Assembly (NCBI GenBank): GCA_032718475.1
Contig: JAUCBJ010002019.1
Location: 1 to 40,577, forward strand
Length of the DNA: 40,577 nt
Source: Nemertoderma westbladi
Lineage: Eukaryota > Animalia > Xenacoelomorpha
Direction: 5' to 3'
The translations under genes and the position numbers were made by a program. The notes under the pieces are model-generated. The model saw only the letters and a program-made list of their open reading frames with translations. It ran no database searches and had not been told where the DNA came from. Shown here piece by piece: positions 34,701 to 40,577 of this stretch (positions are counted from its first letter, which is position 1; the number at the start of each line of letters is the position of its first letter).

Positions 34701-37700
34701 TGCGCTATGTGACGGGACCCACCGTTTGAATATGTGTGATGAATTCCTGAAGAAATCATTAGCGGAGAGACGGGAAGTCATGTGGGATAAGCGGTTGTGT
34801 TATAATTGCCTCAGACAAGGACACCAATGGCGAACCTGTTACTCTGACACAAGGTGTGCCAAGTGCGGTGCGAAACATCATATCTTGTTGCACACTGAAT
34901 TCGAGCGAAATAGTCCGAGTCAGGTAAGTGATTCCGAACTACATGTCCAATTCAGTGATGTGAACGACACTGATCAATCTGAGATGGAAGGATTCTATAC
35001 GGACGAGTTCTCCGACAAAAACGAATCTTGTTACATGATAAATACCGCAGTGTATCGAGCACTCACGTATGAAAAAGATACAGACAGCGACCTCACCCTA
35101 ACTACTTCTGATCAACAACCATCTTGGAAAGCGCCAACTTCCAATGTAGGAATCCGAGAATTTCCTGTAGTACAGGTAAGGGTCCACGGACCTAAAAGGA
35201 GTTATGTAGTGAACGCCCTCCTTGACTCTGGTAGTACAGGAACATTCATCGACAAAGAACTAGCCGAAGACATCTTTGCTGGACAACCCAAGTTCCGAAC
35301 TAAGCTAAACATGTCAGGAATTATGCAGGTTTGGAAATCTACAGTAATCGCGGATTATTATGTAGGTACGTTGTCCACCCCCCAGGATGAACTAGGAGAA
35401 CATAGCATAAGGTCAGTGAAAATGGTGGCGATAAAGAACTTCGCTACCACCCAAGTTGAACCTTATAAATGGGACGAGGACGATTTCACCCAGCAGCTGG
35501 AAATACCTAGATTCGACACCAATTACCCTGGAGTGCAAATACTCATCGGTCAAAATGCGCATGAAGCGCTCGAGACATTGGAGAAACGGCCCGCTCAACC
35601 GCAACCATTACAACCTTATGCGGTAAGAACTAGAGTGGGTTGGTACTTTACTGGCCCTTCCCGTAGAACTCTCATGGAAAGATTACCGAAAGATCAGGTA
35701 TATCAAGTGCGAGAATGGGAAGTAGAGAACAGTGAGTTAGACGATCCAACTGAGGGAACTCCATACTCCTCAGACAACGACGATATACACCAACTCTTCG
35801 ATGAGGAGAATACAATCGATCTCCTTAAAGAAAACGAGACTTGGCAAAACCAAGTGAACTTATGTCAGCTCCTTCTTCCATCAGAACGAGATGAATATAA
35901 CGACGAACTTAATGACGTCATTGAACGTTATAATGCCAAGACTCGGGATGAACACGCCGTACGATTCTTTACTCAAGAGGCTGTAGAGCCCAACTCCTAC
36001 GATAAGGCCCTATCGGTAGAAGAAGAAAGAGCCAAGCAGATCCAAGAGACAACTACACGTTTTCTTAAAGATCAAGGTAGATATGAGATTGGTCTTCCTT
36101 TCCGAAAGCGAGAACCAAAGTTCATTAACAACCGACCCTTGGCGGAGAAAATAATTGCTCAACTACATCGACGCCTTACGGCAAATTCTTCAGCTAAAGA
36201 AATGTATCAAACGCAGTTGAAGAAGTTTATTAGCAAGGGATATGCGGAGCTAGTACCGGAAGAAACACCTATAACTGAGAGAACGTATTATTTAACTCAC
36301 CATTACGTTCCCAAACCCGGTAAACCAAATGAGGTACGAGTGGTGTTCGACGGCTCCGCCCTCTATATGGGCCAATCCCTTAATTCTGAATTGTTACCCG
36401 GACCCAACTTACTCCAATCATTGTTGGGAATACTTTTAAGATTAAGACAATATTCAATTGCTTTCGCCTCAGATATAGAAGGCATGTTCTTACAAGTCAA
36501 AGCGCTGGATAGGGATCGAGATAGCCTACGATTTCTGTGGTGGCCTGAAGGAGACCTCAACCAGAAACCGGTGGAGTACTGGATGACCATCCAAGCTTTT
36601 GGGATAATCTCGAGCCCTTCAAACGCCTGTTCCGTGGTGCGCACCACTGCGGATGACAACCGAGACGCCTTCTCTAAAGAGGTGATCGACAATATCAAAC
36701 GAGACATCTACATGGACGATAATCTAAAGTCCCTTCCATCAGTCGAAGAAGCCATTGAGGTCGCTAAAGGAACGGTAGAGTGCTTAAAAAGAGGTGGATT
36801 TCGATTAACTAAATTCACCAGCAACTCCCGTGAGTTTCTGGAGTCGATCCCGGTAGAAGATCGAGAAGCAAAAGACCTGGATCTAATAAAGGATGATCTC
36901 CCAGAAACTAAGACCCTTGGTTTGAAATGGGACACAGAAAGAGATATCCTGTTTTTCCAACTAAAACAGCGAGATAATCCAGTTCGGACTAAACGGATTT
37001 GTTTAAGTATCCTGAGCACTTATTTCGATCCATTGGGATTTATTAGCCCAGTTATATTGATTGCTCGGAGTTTAGTACAACAAATGTGGCTTGAAAACCA
37101 CTCATGGGACGATCCACTTAAGGGAGAATTATTAAAGAAGTGGATGAAATGGGAGGATTCCCTACCAGCCATCGAGAACTTTATAATTTCCCGTTCATAT
37201 TTTGGTCATGTTCTCCCTACGTATTCCTATCAACTCCATGTGTTTGGAGACGCCAGCGATATGGGAATAGGTATAGTAGCCTACCTAAGGGTGGAAACTC
37301 CGGACGGAATCAAAGTCGCCTTGGTTACCTCTAAGGCATTGATAAACAACAAGTTGAAAGTTCCTCGAGCGGAGTTAAAAGCGGCTCTATACGCTACAGC
37401 CATCGGCCGGAATGTAACAGAACAAATCGACTATCCACTGGAGAAAACTGTCTATTGGACCGACGCTTTACTCGTGTTGGAGTATATAACCAATGAAGTC
37501 TGTCAGTTCAGCGTCTTCGTTACCAACAGAGTAGCTATTATACTCAGTCGCACAACGATGGATCAATGGAGACATTGCCCCGGAACGATTAACCCAGCAG
37601 ACATCGCCCCCAGGGGAGCAACTCCACAAGAACTGGTAGATACTCCAGACTGGTTAGGTGGACCCGACTTCCTCTACAAAGAAGAAGAAGAATGGCCTCC

Positions 37701-38034
37701 TCATCTTACTACCACAGAGATTAGACAGGCCAACGGAGCGGAGAAAGTCAAACCTAAAACTAGGGCGAGTAAATCGAAGTTATTCAAACCTATGGTAGAT
37801 CTGTCTGTACTACATACTTCCGGAGACGACGCTTTGGATCAGAAACCCACAGCCACAAATAAACTTGTTGTGGAAATCCGTGAGAAGGATTGGAAATCTG
37901 GAATACCAGACGTCTCGCAAGGACTCTCACCTCTTCTGCAGAGAGCCATACATCACTACAGTTCCTGGAATCGGCTCTGTAAGGCCGTTACATATTTAAA
38001 GAGATGTTTTTTCACCATCACTACTCTGGGATGA
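31759..38034 (+). CDS. BEL/Pao Gag-Pol polyprotein: Gag, aspartic protease, RT, RNase H
   Basis: 2091-aa ORF. KFNGDEMKW...EKLRFL (DUF1759-like Gag), CALCDGTHRLNMC / CYNCLRQGHQWRTC / CAKCGAKHHILLH knuckles, ALLDSGS, RVVFD, SDIEGMFLQV, YMDD, LHVFGDAS, PRAEL, NPADI. Confidence 0.95.
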   Translation: MTDAVYSDPLLILPAAVLTRLLIAAEEHQIDWARNKRSTKDSYAGYTREELKSIVESQWNFPGPGLPFDLSEAAWEDIHRMGVTKETIDPAVWKRSAAGYAQGFFSSMERVKEQLFQQPQGPQEQGQLLYQVRERILRIRLILSAFEEASKRRQDTSLQVAVKTWFQRVSLQVQGTAQWKAQLEERSTHGESTDATFSQVESEATAEKPHKRDAIDIYLSDYQHFLGDEELRRRLDELSPNSEGTQRVLDAIDVEMRAANQAKFDESLRITRVQEEQVKKKRIEDRKAAAVAAAVAAAEAERKAAEAKRKATAAEAEAERKAAEAERKAAAAEAEAERKAAEAERKAAVAAAEAVAEAERRAAEETTQLELENIQENQDCINKQLTASQMQMMGRSTPKRQGYTSSEEGDTTDTEGKGNRSRLSRRRRTSHHQKLPDLPPAVRRQLNNTNLGSTEPTDQIIKIERLPTIVDEPETIRPVLEITPSVIETPVLPEPTSKFPLHSTKLPVPSRTAHETVHVLDSERNIHDLSPVVPRPPATTLATPASAVEWVDERRRGMDLLLGQMQETVQQFKGTVRESRLELQEVQQSIALERDKLVNTKKGIPPPSVTMCQPVRSEVSHAQGVEPTRIYTASEVETPIVNPIKGNYRPVDNDIPYRPDHNPRNLYTDNSILNNTMAQESFTRQMARTEARQAVKVGEIVKFNGDEMKWLPFNEYYKDNIQNSVLSNGEKLRFLIECLEGSPKLMALKFIGHPDGLRQVWDTLNIRYGNRNNIAKYLYAKLVAPRKFISSGIIEFSDEIQEICRQLDWLGKSHEYQSSMVIGAVASTLPKGGVGTRWDKKVLYMMEQQQRDPTMADLMSFLDGEVKLQLIKQSREKTPENKVSEKPVSRRKVTPVCYTDDGESQTSQGEDSGKDTERSYYVNKMPKYQVSKFKSRTNDRREQVRKTPPTSPKRIQVRKPEERTSVHNVIQNKVSNIKPKCALCDGTHRLNMCDEFLKKSLAERREVMWDKRLCYNCLRQGHQWRTCYSDTRCAKCGAKHHILLHTEFERNSPSQVSDSELHVQFSDVNDTDQSEMEGFYTDEFSDKNESCYMINTAVYRALTYEKDTDSDLTLTTSDQQPSWKAPTSNVGIREFPVVQVRVHGPKRSYVVNALLDSGSTGTFIDKELAEDIFAGQPKFRTKLNMSGIMQVWKSTVIADYYVGTLSTPQDELGEHSIRSVKMVAIKNFATTQVEPYKWDEDDFTQQLEIPRFDTNYPGVQILIGQNAHEALETLEKRPAQPQPLQPYAVRTRVGWYFTGPSRRTLMERLPKDQVYQVREWEVENSELDDPTEGTPYSSDNDDIHQLFDEENTIDLLKENETWQNQVNLCQLLLPSERDEYNDELNDVIERYNAKTRDEHAVRFFTQEAVEPNSYDKALSVEEERAKQIQETTTRFLKDQGRYEIGLPFRKREPKFINNRPLAEKIIAQLHRRLTANSSAKEMYQTQLKKFISKGYAELVPEETPITERTYYLTHHYVPKPGKPNEVRVVFDGSALYMGQSLNSELLPGPNLLQSLLGILLRLRQYSIAFASDIEGMFLQVKALDRDRDSLRFLWWPEGDLNQKPVEYWMTIQAFGIISSPSNACSVVRTTADDNRDAFSKEVIDNIKRDIYMDDNLKSLPSVEEAIEVAKGTVECLKRGGFRLTKFTSNSREFLESIPVEDREAKDLDLIKDDLPETKTLGLKWDTERDILFFQLKQRDNPVRTKRICLSILSTYFDPLGFISPVILIARSLVQQMWLENHSWDDPLKGELLKKWMKWEDSLPAIENFIISRSYFGHVLPTYSYQLHVFGDASDMGIGIVAYLRVETPDGIKVALVTSKALINNKLKVPRAELKAALYATAIGRNVTEQIDYPLEKTVYWTDALLVLEYITNEVCQFSVFVTNRVAIILSRTTMDQWRHCPGTINPADIAPRGATPQELVDTPDWLGGPDFLYKEEEEWPPHLTTTEIRQANGAEKVKPKTRASKSKLFKPMVDLSVLHTSGDDALDQKPTATNKLVVEIREKDWKSGIPDVSQGLSPLLQRAIHHYSSWNRLCKAVTYLKRCFFTITTLG

Positions 38035-39596
38035 AGGCCAAAGGTGATACCGCTCCAATAACATCAGTGCAGGTCCATGTTATTAAAGATCTTCCCAAAT
38101 ATAAGATATCCGACAGGTTTCTGAAGGAGAAGATCAGTTATCAAGACCATGACGAAACCAACAAGCAGATGCTGAGACTCCTGCAATGCTATGAGGATTC
38201 CGATAAGTATTTCCTGTTGTTGAGAAATCCACAGATGCGCTTAAGGGATCGTTTCTCTAGCACAATGATAGATGGGTTGATACGTGTTGGAGGAAGATTA
38301 ACGAATGCTCCATTATCCTTTGACACTAAGTTCCCCATACTCATTAGAAATCTTGAAATACAAGTCAAGATGATTGTAGATGTTCACAGCAAACTTTATC
38401 ATGCTGGTAGGGAACGAGTTCTTAGCGAAATTCGAACTCGCTATTATTTTTATAAACCCCGTAGAGCTCTGAACCAAGTTCTTAGGAACTGTATACCCTG
38501 TAGGAAAGCATTCAGTAGGCCTTTAACACAGCGAGAGGCAGAATTACCTAGGGAACGAGTAAGCTTCTATGAACCACCCTTTACTAATACCGGTGTGGAT
38601 TTATTTGGCCCTATTGAAGTATATCGTGCTAGGACTATAGTCAAGAGATGGTGTGTAATCTTTGTTTGTATGACTTGTAGAGCCATCCATCTCGAAATGG
38701 TGAACGATTTATCTACCAACAGCTTTCTATTAAGCTTACGACGACAGATCGCTCGCTTTGGCACTAGTAACATGATGAGATCTGATAAGGGAACAAACTT
38801 CATTGGTGCCAACAATGAAATCAAAGCTTACGTCAGAGATTGGAACCAAAGACAGGTGGACGATCAGCTACGAGTAACAGCGTCTAGCTGGACCTTCAAC
38901 GCCGCCGACGCCCCTTGGTGGGGAGGAAGTTGGGAGAGATTAATAAGAAGTGTGAAGACAGCATTTCACTTTATAGTGCCTTGCCGCGCGTATCTCACCG
39001 ACGAACTTTTGCGGACGTTAATGGAGGAAATCGCCGCCTATCTCAACGAGAGACCGCTTATGCCAGTCTCATCGAGTCCCGATTCCCTGGAAGCGCTAAC
39101 ACCCGCGCACTTCCTACTGAAGAAACCTGTAGCCATGCTCCCACAATCGGAAATCACAGACGGAGACGAATACTGCCGGCAAACTTGGCAACTTATGCAG
39201 TTGTTATCCCGTCGTTTTGCTGACCATTTCGAAAAACATTATCTGCCCACGCTACAACTTCGAACTAAGTGGTTTGCGCAGCAAGAAAACGTCAGCGCTG
39301 GAGACATGGTTCTTATTGTGGATGTAGATCTTCCATGTAAGCGGTGGCAGACAGGTCGTATAATCGAGACTCACATCTCGGATGACGGTTTGGTGCGATC
39401 GGTAGAACTCGTCGTCATGCGACGTAACTTCAAGAAACCGGGAATTGTCTTCGAGACACAGCAGCTCAATCGCCCAGTTGGTCGCTTATGTTTACTGGAA
39501 AGAGACAGAGAACTCTCCGGAAACTATGGGAGGCAAGATACTCTTCCCACGACCACCTCCCTAATCCAACAAACATCTAGGGACTCCCCAACTTAA
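38004..39596 (+). CDS. BEL/Pao integrase (-1 frame continuation of pol)
   Basis: GLIRVGGRL, HHCC zinc finger (HSKLYH...CIPC), GVDLFGP, SDKGTNF, GGSWERL, LTPAHFL and a DUF5641-like C-terminus. Confidence 0.95.
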   Translation: MFFHHHYSGMKAKGDTAPITSVQVHVIKDLPKYKISDRFLKEKISYQDHDETNKQMLRLLQCYEDSDKYFLLLRNPQMRLRDRFSSTMIDGLIRVGGRLTNAPLSFDTKFPILIRNLEIQVKMIVDVHSKLYHAGRERVLSEIRTRYYFYKPRRALNQVLRNCIPCRKAFSRPLTQREAELPRERVSFYEPPFTNTGVDLFGPIEVYRARTIVKRWCVIFVCMTCRAIHLEMVNDLSTNSFLLSLRRQIARFGTSNMMRSDKGTNFIGANNEIKAYVRDWNQRQVDDQLRVTASSWTFNAADAPWWGGSWERLIRSVKTAFHFIVPCRAYLTDELLRTLMEEIAAYLNERPLMPVSSSPDSLEALTPAHFLLKKPVAMLPQSEITDGDEYCRQTWQLMQLLSRRFADHFEKHYLPTLQLRTKWFAQQENVSAGDMVLIVDVDLPCKRWQTGRIIETHISDDGLVRSVELVVMRRNFKKPGIVFETQQLNRPVGRLCLLERDRELSGNYGRQDTLPTTTSLIQQTSRDSPT

Positions 39597-39612
39597 CAAC
39601 GGCTGGAGTGGG

Positions 39613-40068
39613 TGTATGACTATATTTTATATTCGTTTTATTCTTTTATATTTATGTATGTATTATTATGTAATTTTATTTTAATCGTTTTATTTAATTT
39701 TATTTAGTAGCATGTTATTTTAGCGATTATTTAGTAGATTAGTGCAATAGATTCGCGTTTATTATGTAATTACTTATATTATATATTTAGTGCGACGGCG
39801 AGAAACAATTCTTTTTCTCTTTCCTTACTGTCCGTATTAGATTATAAATACGTGACTACAGTAAGATGAAATATCCGTGCTTATTAAAGTGCAATAAAGC
39901 CACTACTATATTCAAGTATTATTGGTAGGCAGAGTATTAGGAATGCAAAGTTCAGATCCTCGTGTCTCGGCTAAACCAAGCTCTGGGTAGACCTTGGAAA
40001 CGACTTGCCTCTTCACACTGACATTGCTTCGTGCGATATTGCTCTCATACCGTATATTAAATAATACA
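39613..40068 (+). repeat. Putative 3' LTR, preceded by a PPT-like tract ggctggagtggg at 39601-39612
   Basis: Starts TGTAT immediately after the tract; candidate end ATACA at 40064-40068. Contains tataaata near 39844 and aataaa near 39893. The end cannot be confirmed without a second LTR. Confidence 0.6.
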
Positions 40069-40119
40069 TATAGTAGCGTGATGTCCCTTTTAACAGTAGC
40101 GTAAAACGCAAAAATAAAT

Positions 40120-40450
40120 CTGTTAAACCCTTTGACCATCTGCAATTCTAGTCGATTAAGATATCGTGGCACCCTCCGATATACTTGAAAGACAAAATTC
40201 TAGAATCAGTGGTTAACGTCCCCAGACAAGTTCTGGAATAAACTGGTGCCCATCCTAAATATTAATTATTAATATTTACAAAATCTGTCAAATATCAGAT
40301 CCTTTAAAATTCTAGTCGATTAAGATATCGTAGCACTTACCGATACTCTTAAAAGGACAAAATTCCTAGAATCAAGGATCCCAGTCCCCAGACACGTTCT
40401 GGAATAAAATTGTGTCTATTTTAATGTTAAATAATAAAATTTACGGGAAT
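40120..40450. repeat. Diverged tandem duplication, ~164-bp period
   Basis: aattctagtcgattaagatatcgt at 40144 and 40308; gtccccagaca.gttctggaataaa is present in both copies. Confidence 0.8.
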
Positions 40451-40577
40451 AAATTTAAATTCATATATTTCAATGAATTTAATAAATTGTCATTTTATAC
40501 AATTTATAACATTCCCAAAATTCCATTAATTAATAGATCATGGGAGCGGAGATTCACTCTATTAAGTGTATTTGTGT

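Larger units (their letters stand above)
31445..40068 (+). mobile_element. BEL/Pao LTR retrotransposon (gag-PR-RT-RNaseH-IN plus putative 3' LTR); 5' boundary unresolved
   Basis: Domain order, three Gag zinc knuckles and a purine-rich tract followed by TG just after pol are typical of BEL/Pao. The leader may extend upstream to roughly 28300. Confidence 0.92.

Overview
AT-rich, intron-containing animal (probably invertebrate) genomic DNA, not prokaryotic. Two host genes are visible. The first is the last six coding exons of an SLK/STK10 (STE20-like kinase) gene on + (352-7541). The second, convergent on -, is three exons of a PRSS23/PRSS35-like serine-protease homologue whose catalytic His, Asp and Ser all appear substituted (26783-21807). 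The rest is repeats: four tandem arrays, five RTE-type LINE copies from two families, several inverted-repeat DNA elements and a nearly intact BEL/Pao LTR retrotransposon with no matching 5' LTR in the window. Two observations stand out. (1) A TIR-bounded element (16441-21629) carries a GC-rich WDR26-like gene fragment and a nested near-full-length LINE, a candidate Pack-type gene capture. (2) A ~138-copy 40-bp satellite appears to have amplified from one arm of an old palindromic element, with the same process visible in miniature in a second element. All alignments, identities and family assignments were made by eye and from recalled motifs; no database search was run.
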